Assembly: GCA_039798785.1 (NCBI GenBank)
Contig: JBDKFG010000012.1
Coordinates: 12,221 to 76,220, forward strand
Source: Verrucomicrobiota bacterium
GTDB taxonomy: Bacteria > Verrucomicrobiota > Lentisphaeria > Lentisphaerales > Lentisphaeraceae
Length of the DNA stretch: 64,000 nt
Direction of reading: 5' to 3'
How positions within the stretch are numbered: the stretch's first letter is position 1; every line of letters starts with the position of its first letter. The position numbers were made by a program, and so were the translations under genes. Shown piece after piece: positions 47,216-57,822 of this stretch. Below the pieces are notes generated by a model that saw only the letters and a list, made by a program, of their open reading frames with translations, was not told where the DNA came from and did no database searches.

Positions 47216-49215
47216 CCTTTCGCCCCCTCGCTCCCGGCCGGTGCGGCGGCTTCGTCCTTGACCGGAGGCAGGACGCGCTGCAGCCACTCGGAATAAGAGG
47301 CCGGGCAGCCTGAAGCGCTGATCTTGTCGGCGGCGGAGCGGGCCAGGTCGGTCTGGCCAAAGAGGCTGAAGAGCATCGGCAGATAGCGGTGGAAGGCACC
47401 CTTGCCGTCGACGCCGCGGGCGAGAGCCTGTCCGACAGGAGCGAACTCGCGGTGGATGGGGCCGCCGCCGCCGCGCTCGAGCGCGCAAGCCGCGAGAAAC
47501 TGGATCCGAGGCATGTCGGCCTTGAGGCGGAGAGCGAAATCGGCGAACCATGCGAGGGATTCGCGGTCGCCCCAGCGCAGCTCCGCAGGCACAGCGCCGA
47601 TTCGACCGAGGAAGAGAGTGAGAAGCTGCGAGCAGCCGCTCAGATAAGCCTCGGCGAGCTGCGCCGGGGGCGGCTCGGGATAGAGTACCGGCACGTTCGA
47701 GGCAGTGAACTGCCGGGCCAGATCCTCGGCCATTTCGCCGACGCTTTGGCCCAGTTTGGCCCGGAGGCCGGACTTGTGGAGAGTCCGAACCTCCTTCAAC
47801 GTAGAGCTCTCAAAGACCCGAAGACGCAGCTCGAATCCTTCCCCTTGGCGACAAATGAAGCCGCTGACCAGGAATTCCGGCTTGAATTCAGAATCCATCG
47901 CAACGATCTCTTTCAATCGTTTCGGCTCCCACTCCTGGCCGTGGACCAGGGGGCCGCCGCCCCGGACCACCGGGATCAGCACCGAAGTCTCAATCGCCGG
48001 CACGGTACCGAGCAGCTCCGCCAGGAAGGCAGGGATGGCGCGGGTGAATCGCGACATGTCTTCGCCGGCCTTGGTGACATCGGCGATGGTGACGAAAGCG
48101 ACGCGGCGAGGAGCGGCGGGGCGCTCCGGCAACATCCAGTTCGGCTCATTGAGGGCGTGCCACCACACCGGCTTGCTGAGGCGGAGAAACTCGATCCTGT
48201 CGGGCGCGGCGCCTTTGCCTTTCCTCTGCTCAGCCTGCCACTCGCCGGCGGCATGCTGTCGCAGCTCGGCGATCTGTCCCGAGATCTGCATCAGCGGCTG
48301 CATCATCTGCGGACCGGAGCTGAGGAAGAGCTTGTGCAGCAGGTCTTCGGCCTCGTCGACCCGGCCGAGCCCGAGCAAGGCCTGGATCATGTTGCAACCG
48401 ACCCAGGGACCGTGTGCCCGCGGCTGGTAGCGACGGAGACCGAGCTCGACCACTTCCTGGAGATGACCGGCACGTCCGAGGTCACCCGTCGCCATGGTCA
48501 GCGCCTCGGCATCGGTCGGCAGAAGATCGAGCCCCTTCAGCTGCAGCTGGATGGCGCTGTTCTTGTCGCCGCGGCGCAAGGCCTGCCGGGCGAGCCAGAG
48601 ATGGACACGACGGGATCCTGGCAGCGCGGCGACGCGCTCAAGGACGGCCAGGCCTGCGCCGTCGCCGCCGGAAACCGCCGCCCTGCTGGATGCCCAGGTG
48701 AAGAGTCCTTCATGGTCAGGATCGAGGGCCAAGGTCTCCCAGATCAGTCGCTCGGCCTCGGCGTCCTCGTGAAGATCGTCGGCGCAGCGCGCCAGGGTGG
48801 CCATCAGGACTGCCGCCTGGGGATGGATTTCCAATCCTCTCAGGGCGTCCTGCCGCGCGCCTGCGGCGTCGCCGCAGGCGCGGCGGGCGGCACAGCCGCA
48901 GGCGATGGCCCGCAGACTGCCCGGTTCAAGCTTGAGCAAGGCCTCGGCGACCTGCCGGCCCTCCTCCGAAAATCCTTGCGACAGGCAGTGGGAGGCAAGC
49001 TCAAGACAGCGCTCAGGATGCTCCTTGGCCGCCTCAAAGGCCTTGGGGAATGCGTCGCGACGCCAGGTCTCGCGCTCCCGAGCCCGCTGCGCCGCCTGCT
49101 GCTCGGCCGCTCCCGGCGCCGCGGCTTGGGCGGACGGAGTCTGGACAGGGGCGCTCGGCGCCGCCTCCGGCTCTTGACTGGCGGGACGGGTGAAGAACTG
49201 GCGCAGGAATTTCAT
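47212..49215 (-). CDS. Tetratricopeptide-repeat protein with TolB_N-like C-terminal region
   Basis: Helical TPR-like repeats ('ALLKLEP','GLEIHP','TLALDP'). Coupled to queA by a GTGA overlap. Confidence 0.7.
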   Translation of the reverse strand: MKFLRQFFTRPASQEPEAAPSAPVQTPSAQAAAPGAAEQQAAQRARERETWRRDAFPKAFEAAKEHPERCLELASHCLSQGFSEEGRQVAEALLKLEPGSLRAIACGCAARRACGDAAGARQDALRGLEIHPQAAVLMATLARCADDLHEDAEAERLIWETLALDPDHEGLFTWASSRAAVSGGDGAGLAVLERVAALPGSRRVHLWLARQALRRGDKNSAIQLQLKGLDLLPTDAEALTMATGDLGRAGHLQEVVELGLRRYQPRAHGPWVGCNMIQALLGLGRVDEAEDLLHKLFLSSGPQMMQPLMQISGQIAELRQHAAGEWQAEQRKGKGAAPDRIEFLRLSKPVWWHALNEPNWMLPERPAAPRRVAFVTIADVTKAGEDMSRFTRAIPAFLAELLGTVPAIETSVLIPVVRGGGPLVHGQEWEPKRLKEIVAMDSEFKPEFLVSGFICRQGEGFELRLRVFESSTLKEVRTLHKSGLRAKLGQSVGEMAEDLARQFTASNVPVLYPEPPPAQLAEAYLSGCSQLLTLFLGRIGAVPAELRWGDRESLAWFADFALRLKADMPRIQFLAACALERGGGGPIHREFAPVGQALARGVDGKGAFHRYLPMLFSLFGQTDLARSAADKISASGCPASYSEWLQRVLPPVKDEAAAPAGSEGAKG

Positions 49216-49311
49216 CGCGAGGGTCTCCTTGGGAAAATGCAGGCAGCAAACTAGCCCGTGCAGCAGCGAGGACAAGGCTTGCCGGGCGTTTCGATCGCCG
49301 CCGCCGGGCCG

Positions 49312-52300
49312 TCAATTGGCCTTGCCGCCTCTTCGCCTCAGCCGCGCCAGCAGGACAAAGAGCACGATCGCGATGGCGCTCAATGCAAGCAAAACCCAGG
49401 CAAGGCCGTCCTGAAGAGGATCCGGAGGCACCGGAGGCACCGGAGGCACCGGAGGAGGGAAGAAGCTCCGCAAAGCCTGCGCCGGCACCGGGACGGCAGC
49501 GGCAGTCGGCGGCGCGGATAACGCGCTGTGCTGCGGCAGGTCGACGCGTACCGGCCCCTCCCAGTCAGCGGCGAAGAGCCGGGTGCAGAGGGCCGGAGCC
49601 GTTGCAGCAGCGAGAAGCGGCGGAGCCAAGGGCGAAGAACGGAGCGGCGTGCTGCCGTCGACCGTGTACCGCGCCTCGAAGCCGGCGGGAGCCGTGACCA
49701 CGAAGCCCTCGGGCCTGATGACGACCTGAGGCACCGGCTGGAGCAGCTCAAGATGGCGGATCTGGAGGGCGACGCCGCGCTCCGCCACCGCATCGTAGGC
49801 GGAACTCTGGCGCTCGGTGATTTCGCCCGGCCGGCGCTCAAGGGGGTGCCTCCTGAGCTCCTCGGCGAAGCTTTTTTCATCGTCGCGATGGAAGACGATA
49901 CGCAGGATCTTCACCAGGCGGGGCTCGAAGCCGAGACGGATGCGAGTCTCCTGGGGACCAAGACGGCGGCGGAGCAGGTCCTTCCATTCCCCGCCTTCCG
50001 CCGGCACGAGCACGGCCACTTCATCGGGGCGCCCCTGGCGCTCGCTGAATTCAAGCTCCAGTCCATCAAGCACGGCGCCGACGTCGTTGCGGAATTCGCA
50101 GAAATGCGGGAAATAAGGAGCTTCATAGCCGCCGTCACTGAAACACAGGCTGTGGGGATCGCCGTCGATCGCGGCGGCGAGCCGGCGCAGGGCGAGCTTC
50201 TCATCCTTGTGGAAGCTGGAGGCATGGGGCGTCATCGGAGCGGCGGGAGGCAGGATCTGCAGGATCGGAGACTGGCCCAGACTCCATCTGACGACTCCTC
50301 CGGCTTCAAGCTTCAAGGGCAGACTGACAGGCTCCGCTCCGAGACGGATATCCTGCGGCGTCGCGCCGAGACCCGCCCCCCAATCCCAGCGTCCTGCGGC
50401 GTCGCGGACCAGCGAGCCACGGGAAGTCGCGATCCGGGCGACTGCGGCCCAGCCGCGGTCCCGGGCGCCGGTGCAGGCCAGCCCTTGGCGACGTCCGCTG
50501 AGGGCGAAGAGCATGGCCGGGTTGAGGAGGCCGTCCTGGCCCATGTAAGGTGCTCCCATCGAAGGCGAGGTGTAGCGCAATCCGTAGCCCGGCTCCCATG
50601 CGATCAGCCAATGGAAGGCGAGGCGCCCCATCACTTCCCGGTAGGCGGCGGCATCGGCGCAGGCGAGGCCGGCAAGGCCGAGGCTGCCTCCTGGCTCGCC
50701 GTAGGCGTGGGATTGACGGAACATGAAGAACCGCTTCTTCATGATCGCGAGCATCGGGCCGCGCATCTCCGGGTGTTCGTCTCGAAGGGTCAGCGCCATC
50801 AGGCTGAGACCGGTGCGGGACCAGAATTCATCACCGTCCTTGGCGCTGGCGTTGTAGCCCATCGAGCCGTTTTCGCCTTTGGCCGGATCGCCCCAGCTGT
50901 TGAGGAAATAGCTCTTTCCGGCTTCGAGGAAACGGCCCGGAACACCGCACTTCCCCGCCAAGGCCTCGCCTGCGACGACATGGATCGCGGCTCCAATCAG
51001 TCCCTTGTTGCCGTAGGGCAGACCGGCGCCGGCGCCGTGGCCCCAGCCGTCGTGGCCCCAGATGGTGTTGTTGGTGCCGCCCGCCTGCGACTCCAGAGTC
51101 GATTCGAGCCAGCCGAGGACTTTCTTGTCGCCGCTGGCGAGGTGATATTCCGCCACCAGCATCAGGGCGAGGCCCTGCTCGAAGTAGCCGCGCCCCCGCG
51201 ACGACTTCAGGCACCAGTCGACAGCGCGAGCGACGGCTGGCAGGCAGGCCGGATCGCGGCTGCCGAGAAGCGCCAGCCCCGCCAGAGGAGTCTGGATCCC
51301 GGCTGTGCCCTGCTCCGACCAGCTGCCGTCGGGCTTCTGGCGTTTCAGCAGCCAGGACTTGCAATCGCTTTCGAGCCGGTCGAGAAGCGCGTCGGCAGGC
51401 GCCGGGAAGCCAGCTGCAAAGCCGGTTCCCAAGCTGGAATCCAGCCTCACTCCGAGCCGCCGGGCCTGGCCATCGCGAAAGATCTCCAGACCGATCTCTC
51501 GGCGCCCCTGCCGCAGCGACCTCTCGCAGGCCATTCCGAGGCAGGCGAGAGGGGAATCGCTCAATCCCCGTTCGCTGCTCCCGAGTTCAATCGGCGGCAA
51601 AGCCTTGCCATCGACCCCGACGATCAGATCGCCCTCGCGCAATCCCGCCCGTGCGGCGGCGAGTCCGGGACGGACCAGGCCGGCGACCAGCACCGGATGA
51701 TCCTGGAGGGCGAGAGCCTGAAAGCCTAGCAGCCCGAAATCCTGAAGATCCGGCCCGTCGACTCCGTTCTCTTTCGCCTGCATCGAGCGGTTGACGGTGC
51801 TGGGCAGAATGTAGGTATGGAGGCGGCGCAAGGTGATGGCTCCACCGCGGCCGTGACGGATCCGCAGGGTGATTTCGCGCCCGAGGATCTTGGCGGTCTC
51901 CGTCGCCGAGAGCGCGAGGAAGAAGGGAGCGCCGCTTCCGTCAGCGGCGGCCGGCCAAGGGTGACCAAGAGGCTCCAGTCCGGCAAAGGCGGTGAACCAA
52001 TTCTCCGAGCCGGGAAACTCGAGACGGAGGTAACGCAGAGGAACCGCCGCGGTGAAGGGGATTTCCTGGCGCGTGCCGGAGCGAAAGTCGACCTTGCCGT
52101 CGAAAAGGGTTTCCCATTGACCGAGGCTGTCGGCACCGCTGATTTTAATCCGGCCCGGCGTACCGTTGCTGCGGTCGGGCCGGGAGGTGATGGTCAGCCC
52201 GCGGATCTCGCGACGGCCGCCAAGGTCGATCTCACACCAGTGCGGCGTCTTGTTCTCATGCTGGTAATGGCTGTGCCAGACACTTTGTGAATCTTGGTCG

Positions 52301-52734
52301 AAGATCTTGGAGAGCCCGGATCCAGGCTGCACCGAGTCGCAACGATAGCGCAGACCGCCGCCAGGATTCCGGGCCGAAGCTTCGACGCTGGCGATGAGTC
52401 GCTCGCCCTCGAGAACTTCGATTCGGGCTCCGGCGCCGATTTCGCCCAGAGCCTCGCCGCTCAGCAAAACCTGGAATCCTTTGGCCCCCTTGGCCTCGAA
52501 GACCGCCTCGCCCGGGCGCCTCAGTGTCAATCGGCTTTCAGCCCACCCTTGCGGCGTCAGTTCGAGCTCCGGCAGCGGGCCCTGCCAAAAGGCGGCGCCG
52601 CTAACCTCCCATCTCGCGGGCACTCCGCTCGAAGGCAATTGCCGCGGCTCGCTCGGCAGACTCGCTTCAGGCACTTCGACGGCACCGACATACAAAGCCA
52701 TGAGGAAGTGTAACATCAGCAGGATCAGACGCAT
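49312..52734 (-). CDS. Secreted DUF6288-like protein: discoidin + PDZ + alpha/alpha barrel + discoidin-like + Fn3-associated, C-terminal TM anchor
   Basis: 'KIFDQDSQSVWHS..PHWCEIDLG', 'AGLREGDLIVGVDG', 'LLKRQKPDGSW..TPLAGLALL', 'RYTVDGSTP', then a Pro linker, TM and RRR. Start trimmed to 52734. Confidence 0.7.
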   Translation of the reverse strand: MRLILLMLHFLMALYVGAVEVPEASLPSEPRQLPSSGVPARWEVSGAAFWQGPLPELELTPQGWAESRLTLRRPGEAVFEAKGAKGFQVLLSGEALGEIGAGARIEVLEGERLIASVEASARNPGGGLRYRCDSVQPGSGLSKIFDQDSQSVWHSHYQHENKTPHWCEIDLGGRREIRGLTITSRPDRSNGTPGRIKISGADSLGQWETLFDGKVDFRSGTRQEIPFTAAVPLRYLRLEFPGSENWFTAFAGLEPLGHPWPAAADGSGAPFFLALSATETAKILGREITLRIRHGRGGAITLRRLHTYILPSTVNRSMQAKENGVDGPDLQDFGLLGFQALALQDHPVLVAGLVRPGLAAARAGLREGDLIVGVDGKALPPIELGSSERGLSDSPLACLGMACERSLRQGRREIGLEIFRDGQARRLGVRLDSSLGTGFAAGFPAPADALLDRLESDCKSWLLKRQKPDGSWSEQGTAGIQTPLAGLALLGSRDPACLPAVARAVDWCLKSSRGRGYFEQGLALMLVAEYHLASGDKKVLGWLESTLESQAGGTNNTIWGHDGWGHGAGAGLPYGNKGLIGAAIHVVAGEALAGKCGVPGRFLEAGKSYFLNSWGDPAKGENGSMGYNASAKDGDEFWSRTGLSLMALTLRDEHPEMRGPMLAIMKKRFFMFRQSHAYGEPGGSLGLAGLACADAAAYREVMGRLAFHWLIAWEPGYGLRYTSPSMGAPYMGQDGLLNPAMLFALSGRRQGLACTGARDRGWAAVARIATSRGSLVRDAAGRWDWGAGLGATPQDIRLGAEPVSLPLKLEAGGVVRWSLGQSPILQILPPAAPMTPHASSFHKDEKLALRRLAAAIDGDPHSLCFSDGGYEAPYFPHFCEFRNDVGAVLDGLELEFSERQGRPDEVAVLVPAEGGEWKDLLRRRLGPQETRIRLGFEPRLVKILRIVFHRDDEKSFAEELRRHPLERRPGEITERQSSAYDAVAERGVALQIRHLELLQPVPQVVIRPEGFVVTAPAGFEARYTVDGSTPLRSSPLAPPLLAAATAPALCTRLFAADWEGPVRVDLPQHSALSAPPTAAAVPVPAQALRSFFPPPVPPVPPVPPDPLQDGLAWVLLALSAIAIVLFVLLARLRRRGGKAN

Positions 52735-52878
52735 GTCGGCAGCTCCAGAATTTTCCCGGGCCCTTTCAGATCGACCGCGGATCCTAAAGTTCCCGATAAA
52801 ATCATTTGGCATCGAAGCGGCATTGGAGGTATGCTGAACGCTAAACAACCCAAACAGTCTAAGCCCAAGGATTCCGCC

Positions 52879-53619
52879 ATGCTGAGTTGGATCGCCACCG
52901 CCCTGCTCGCCATCAACACTCCTTCCTCCGCTTCTCCAGCCGCTCCGGCCGCACCCACCCTGTTCGCCCCGCGTCCGCCTCAGGAGCTCAGCGCCGAGCT
53001 TAAAAATCGCATCGACACAGCGGTGACGCGCCTCGGCGACGCCTCCGCCAAGATCCGCCGCGAAGCCCGCAAGGAGATCGAGGCGATGGGAGTCGAAGTG
53101 CTGCCCCATCTGCGCACCTACAAGGACAAGGCCGAGGACGTGGAGGTGAAAGACGCTCTTCGCGAGATCATCGAAGAACGCCGGGGCACGGTACCATGGA
53201 ACACACTTAGCCCGGCTGAACAAAATTTCATCATCGCTGTCAACAAGGCTCCCGGCCAACAGCCGATCTTGGACAACAATGAAGCTTATCGAGTACGATT
53301 CCGTCTATACGCTCGCGACAAAGTCGCGCTGCTGTCGATCAACCAATTACTTATCGTCATCCCGGACGCCCAGTTGGCGGCAAAAGCCAGCGGCGAATAT
53401 GCCTCCGCTCCCGGCAGGACGCTTTGGAACGAGGTCGAAAACAAGAATAACGTCATTGTCTTCAGCAAATCCGGGCTGGCGGTCAAATACGACGAAGGTG
53501 ACGAGGCCGAAGTCCTGAAACAGGTCTTTAAGATCGACAATCGCGACATCCATCTCTTCCATCCCGACGGCAGCTACCGCGGCAGGTTGGTTGGGGCGCC
53601 CGCCGTAGCCAGCCGCTGA
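52879..53619 (+). CDS. Hypothetical secreted protein with HEAT-like helical module
   Basis: Signal-like N-terminus and 'LGDASAKIRREARKEI...DVEVK'. Confidence 0.6.
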   Translation: MLSWIATALLAINTPSSASPAAPAAPTLFAPRPPQELSAELKNRIDTAVTRLGDASAKIRREARKEIEAMGVEVLPHLRTYKDKAEDVEVKDALREIIEERRGTVPWNTLSPAEQNFIIAVNKAPGQQPILDNNEAYRVRFRLYARDKVALLSINQLLIVIPDAQLAAKASGEYASAPGRTLWNEVENKNNVIVFSKSGLAVKYDEGDEAEVLKQVFKIDNRDIHLFHPDGSYRGRLVGAPAVASR

Positions 53620-53669
53620 GAGAAAGGCATCAAACGAGGACAGGGGCCTGCCGCGCTCCTGTCTGGGCT

Positions 53670-54368
53670 TCAGGCGAGGCAGACCCAGCTGACGAAGGCG
53701 TGCCAGCGGAGGATTTCCTGACTGTGACGGAAGCCGGCCTGGCGCATGGCCTCCTCGGTCTGCGCCGCGGGCCAGGGCCGGAGCACCCCGTCGAGTGCGG
53801 CGCGTTTATGAACCAGTTGTTCCGGCGTGTAGCCGTTGTCGAGGCGGAAGGCATCGTGGGCGGCCATGGCGAACTCGGCGAAGGCGGGCTCCGGCTCGGT
53901 CTTTTCGGCAATCAAGAGAAGACCGCCGGCCGGCAGGGCGGCACGGATGCGGCAGAGCAGCTCGAGTCGTCGTTCCGGCGGGGTGAACTGCAGAGTCCAG
54001 CCGAGCACGACCACCGCGGCGCCATCGATAACCGCATTCTCCGCATCGTTGTTGCGCCACTCCGCCCGAGGCAGGCGGTCAGCCGCGATATCGAGCATCG
54101 CCCGGGACGGGTCGTGGCCGACCAGCCGGCGGCCGGTGCCGTCGAGATCAAGCCGCAGGAGCAGCGAACCAGTGGAGCAGCCGAGATCGTGAACCGCTCC
54201 TTCCGGGGCATTCCGGATCAGCACCGAGAAAGCGGCGTGGGTGTCGCGATAAAGCGGAATCGAACGGCGCGCCATATCATCGAAAGACGAGGCCACTTCG
54301 GCATCGAATCGGAAACTGCCGGGGGTGACGGCAGAGCGGAAGAGTTCATCGCGGCGGACTTCAGGCAT
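53670..54368 (-). CDS. cmoA: CmoA-like carboxy-SAM synthase / methyltransferase
   Basis: 'FRFDAEVASSFDDMARRSIPLY', 'DLGCSTG', 'TLQF', 'IAEK', 'KRAAL'. Confidence 0.8.
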   Translation of the reverse strand: MPEVRRDELFRSAVTPGSFRFDAEVASSFDDMARRSIPLYRDTHAAFSVLIRNAPEGAVHDLGCSTGSLLLRLDLDGTGRRLVGHDPSRAMLDIAADRLPRAEWRNNDAENAVIDGAAVVVLGWTLQFTPPERRLELLCRIRAALPAGGLLLIAEKTEPEPAFAEFAMAAHDAFRLDNGYTPEQLVHKRAALDGVLRPWPAAQTEEAMRQAGFRHSQEILRWHAFVSWVCLA

Positions 54369-54412
54369 GAGAGGCTGAGGCTTTTAAGAGGTTGAGGCTA
54401 AGGGAAGTCCCA

Positions 54413-54443
54413 AAGAAGAGAAAACCCGGAGCAGGGCTCCGGG
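54413..54443 (-). terminator. Rho-independent terminator after rodZ-like gene
   Basis: Minus strand CCCGGAGC-CCT-GCTCCGGG-TTTTCTCTT. Confidence 0.7.
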
Positions 54444-54504
54444 GCGGAAGCGGCAGGACCTGAATTGAAGCGAATGCTTACAAGCCATTCAACTCCATCA
54501 ACCC

Positions 54505-55236
54505 TCAATTGGGGGGAGTGAGGGTGAAACTCGGGAGTTTGGGGACGCTGCCGCTGTGGAAGTCCTCCAAAGGCACTTGGTAGCCTTCCGTGACAGTGAT
54601 TCTGGGCTTGGCGAAGTAGACGACGAGGCCGATGACGAGCGCAGCGGCAAAGGCGCCGACGACGGCGTAGGTGGCGTATTTATGCATGTTTCCTCCGGGA
54701 TTTGAAGCTTGGGTCGCGGCGCTGTCGCTCTTCAGATGAGCTTTGAGCGAGGAATCGCCCTCGCCGCTTTCTTTATCATACAGTGCCACCGCTTCGTCAG
54801 GATCAACCCCGAGTTCTTCACAAATTTTGCGCAAATATCCGCGGGTGTAGACGGCCTGGGGGAGCTTGGCGTATTCGCCGTTCTCGAGAGCGGCGATATG
54901 GACCAGACTGACCTTGGTCTTTTCATGGACCTGGCGGATGGTCATCGCACGCTCCTGGCGGGCTTCCTGGAGCAGTTGCGACAGGGTGCGGGCATGGATT
55001 GAGCTGCGGGCGGGAGCAGGCTTGGGGATGGGCTGGCTGTGAGTTTCGCTGACGGCGCATTCTTCGTCGAGACCGGGAGGCAGGGGCTCCGGCTCGTTTT
55101 CCGGCGGGCGGACCAAGCTGGGCTCTTCGGCGGCGGGGGCGGCAGGGCGGCTCGGCTCGGCTTGCGGCTCGGAGCGGCGGAGGAGGAGTCGGGGCGACTC
55201 GCCTTGGGGAGCGCTGTCTTTGTCAGTGTCGTTCAT
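54505..55236 (-). CDS. RodZ-like HTH membrane protein
   Basis: 'LQEARQER...IAALENGEY..LP..VYTRGYLRKI..LGVD' plus a TM and a short periplasmic tail. Confidence 0.8.
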   Translation of the reverse strand: MNDTDKDSAPQGESPRLLLRRSEPQAEPSRPAAPAAEEPSLVRPPENEPEPLPPGLDEECAVSETHSQPIPKPAPARSSIHARTLSQLLQEARQERAMTIRQVHEKTKVSLVHIAALENGEYAKLPQAVYTRGYLRKICEELGVDPDEAVALYDKESGEGDSSLKAHLKSDSAATQASNPGGNMHKYATYAVVGAFAAALVIGLVVYFAKPRITVTEGYQVPLEDFHSGSVPKLPSFTLTPPN

Positions 55237-55296
55237 GCTGGATCCTCAGTTGCAAGGTTGCGAATGAAAAAATCTGTGGAGTAAGGCTTTGCTGGC

Positions 55297-57822
55297 TCAG
55301 GCTTGGCTTCTGTCGTCATCGAATCTTTCCCAATTGATGTCGCGCTGGCCGGCGCTGGTCTTGGGCGTCACATAGCCGTTCTCCTCCAGCTCATCCATCA
55401 GGTCGGCGGCACGATTGTAGCCGATGCCGAGGCGGCGCTGCAGGTAGGAGGTGGAGGCCTTGCGGTCGCGGCGGATGCAATCGATCGCCTTCTTCAGAAG
55501 CGAGCCGTCGTCGTCGCCCTCGGCACCGGGAAGTTCGAATTCGCCCTGGACGGCCGGAGGCGCCTCGCCGTCAGGCTCGACCTCGACGCTCTTGAGAATG
55601 TCTTTGAATTGCGGCTGGCGCTGAACGGCGCAGGCGGCAACCACCGCTTCGATATCGCTGTCGGGGACGTAGGCGCCCTGGATGCGCGTCAGATTGGAAG
55701 CGCCGGGCGGGACGTAGAGCATGTCCCCCTTGCCGAGAAGCTCGTCGGCGCCGCTGCGGTCGAGAATGACGCGGGAGTCGACCTGTTGCGACACCTTGAA
55801 GGCGACGCGGGTCGGGAAGTTGGCCTTGATGACGCCGGTGAGGACCTCCTTGCGGGGCGTCTGGGTGGCGATGACGAGGTGGATGCCGACGGCGCGGGCC
55901 TTCTGGGCGATGCGGGCGATCGAGCCCTCGATCTCGGCCTTGGCGCTCATCATCAGGTCGGCGAGCTCGTCGATGATGATGACGGTCATCGGCAGACGCG
56001 GCGGAATCGGATTGCCGAAATCATCCTCCTTCGGCTCGCCGGCGCGGATGACGCGACCATTGAAGGATTCGAGATTCTTCACTCCGACCTTGGCGAGGAT
56101 CTGGTAGCGGCGCTCCATCTCGAAGACGGCCCAGCGCAGGGCGGAGGGGGCGTGCTTGGGGTCGGTGATCACCGGCGTGACCAGGTGGGGAAGCTCGCGG
56201 TAGGCGGCGAACTCGACCTGCTTGGGGTCGATCATGATCAGCTCGAGCTCGTCGGGACTGAAGCGCAGGACGAGACTCATGATCAAGGTGTTCATGAACA
56301 CCGACTTGCCGGCGCCGGTGGCTCCGGCGACGAGGAGGTGAGGCGCCTTGGCGAGGTCGAGGATCTCGGCCTTGCCGGCGACATCCTTGCCGAGGACCAC
56401 CGGCATCATCGCCTTGCTGTCTTGGAAATCGCGGTGTTCGATCAGGCTGCGGAAACAGACCGCGGAGGCGTGGTCGTTGGGCACTTCCACCCCGACCGAG
56501 CGGCGCCCGGGAATGGGCAGGAGGGTGCGGATGGCGACAGCCTGCAGCTCCATGGCGATGTTCTTCTCGAGATTGCCGATCGATTCGACCCGAACCGTCT
56601 TCTCCGGGAAGATCTCGAAGAGGGTGACGCGCGGCCCGACGATCGCCTCTCCCATCTCACAGGCGATCTTGAAATTGCGCATGACGTCATGAAGGATGGC
56701 CTTCTTGCGCATCACTTCATGCTCGTCGACAGTGGTCTTTTCATCGATGCGGCTGAGCAGCTCGGTGCCGGGCAGGGTGTAAGCAGGTTTGCCCGGCGGA
56801 GGGGGCGCCAGGGAGCGGGGCGGAGGCGGCAGGGGTGGAGGAGTGAAGACGGCTTCATGATGCGGCTTGGCGTCGAGGATCTGCGGCTTCCTCGCCTCCA
56901 CCTGGCGGGGCGGGGCGGGAGGAAGGAAGCGACTGGCATCGTCGCTCAAGGCGCTGCCGCTGTCGTGGCGTCCCAGCGCATGGGAGGAGTCTATCGCGCC
57001 AATGGCACCGGCACTGTCGTGACGCGAAGCGATGGCGGGTGCGAAAGACTCCTTTTTCGCGGCGGCCGGAGCCAATGCCGGCGTCTGGACCTCCTGACCC
57101 TCGATCTTCTTGCCCGGCACGACCTTGAGCCAGCTCATCACGGTGGAGGCGCTCTTGCGGATGCGCGACACCGGCGGCGGCGCGGCGGCGCCCGACGCTG
57201 GCTGCTGCTGGCTGGAGACCGGCTGCTGATGACCGCGCTCCTCCTGCCATCGATTGAAGCTGACGCGCCAGTCGTAGAGCCAGATGGTGGCCATACCGAA
57301 TAGAGACAGCACTGTACCGAGAATGACGCAACCGACGTCGTTGAGGCAGTAGTAGAGGATGCCGCTGCCGGGATTGCTGAAGAAACTGCCGACGGCGCCG
57401 CCAGGACATTCTTTCAGGTTCAAGGCCCGGCACTGAGCCGGCAGAAAATCAGGGAAGCAGCCGAGGACGGTCACCAGGCCGAGAACGCTGAGCACCAGTC
57501 CCGAAAGGTAGAAGCCGTTGGCCGGCGGCAGGCTCCCAAACGCGCGGCGCAGCAGACAGGCGCTGAACAGCAGTGCCGCAGGCCAGGCCGCCAGCCCGAA
57601 GGCAAGCACCATCCAGTAGCTGAAACGAGCGCCGAAGCTGCCCATCCAATTGAGATGATGCAAAGCCTCGGCTCCGCCGCTGACCTTGGCGACATCCTCG
57701 ACCCGATAAGAAATCAGCGACAGCAGAATGAAGATGCTAGCTAGGCAGACGGCGACTTGCCGTCCCCGGCTTTTCAGCAAGGGACGCACGGTGGTTTCCT
57801 GGGCCGCGGCGGCTTCGGGCAT
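55297..57822 (-). CDS. ftsK: DNA translocase FtsK
   Basis: 4TM N-domain, 'PHLLVAGATGAGKS', 'IIIDELADLM', 'ATQTP', and gamma domain 'STSYLQRRLGIGYNRAA'. Confidence 0.96.
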   Translation of the reverse strand: MPEAAAAQETTVRPLLKSRGRQVAVCLASIFILLSLISYRVEDVAKVSGGAEALHHLNWMGSFGARFSYWMVLAFGLAAWPAALLFSACLLRRAFGSLPPANGFYLSGLVLSVLGLVTVLGCFPDFLPAQCRALNLKECPGGAVGSFFSNPGSGILYYCLNDVGCVILGTVLSLFGMATIWLYDWRVSFNRWQEERGHQQPVSSQQQPASGAAAPPPVSRIRKSASTVMSWLKVVPGKKIEGQEVQTPALAPAAAKKESFAPAIASRHDSAGAIGAIDSSHALGRHDSGSALSDDASRFLPPAPPRQVEARKPQILDAKPHHEAVFTPPPLPPPPRSLAPPPPGKPAYTLPGTELLSRIDEKTTVDEHEVMRKKAILHDVMRNFKIACEMGEAIVGPRVTLFEIFPEKTVRVESIGNLEKNIAMELQAVAIRTLLPIPGRRSVGVEVPNDHASAVCFRSLIEHRDFQDSKAMMPVVLGKDVAGKAEILDLAKAPHLLVAGATGAGKSVFMNTLIMSLVLRFSPDELELIMIDPKQVEFAAYRELPHLVTPVITDPKHAPSALRWAVFEMERRYQILAKVGVKNLESFNGRVIRAGEPKEDDFGNPIPPRLPMTVIIIDELADLMMSAKAEIEGSIARIAQKARAVGIHLVIATQTPRKEVLTGVIKANFPTRVAFKVSQQVDSRVILDRSGADELLGKGDMLYVPPGASNLTRIQGAYVPDSDIEAVVAACAVQRQPQFKDILKSVEVEPDGEAPPAVQGEFELPGAEGDDDGSLLKKAIDCIRRDRKASTSYLQRRLGIGYNRAADLMDELEENGYVTPKTSAGQRDINWERFDDDRSQA

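Noticed and set aside
52735..53259. N-terminal extension making the 1315-aa ORF
   Set aside because: It overlaps the plus-strand gene 52879-53619, and a signal peptide begins at the ATG at 52734.
56950..57035. Duplicated 'RHDS' motif in the FtsK linker
   Set aside because: Only two copies in a low-complexity linker that is known to be variable, with no support for function.
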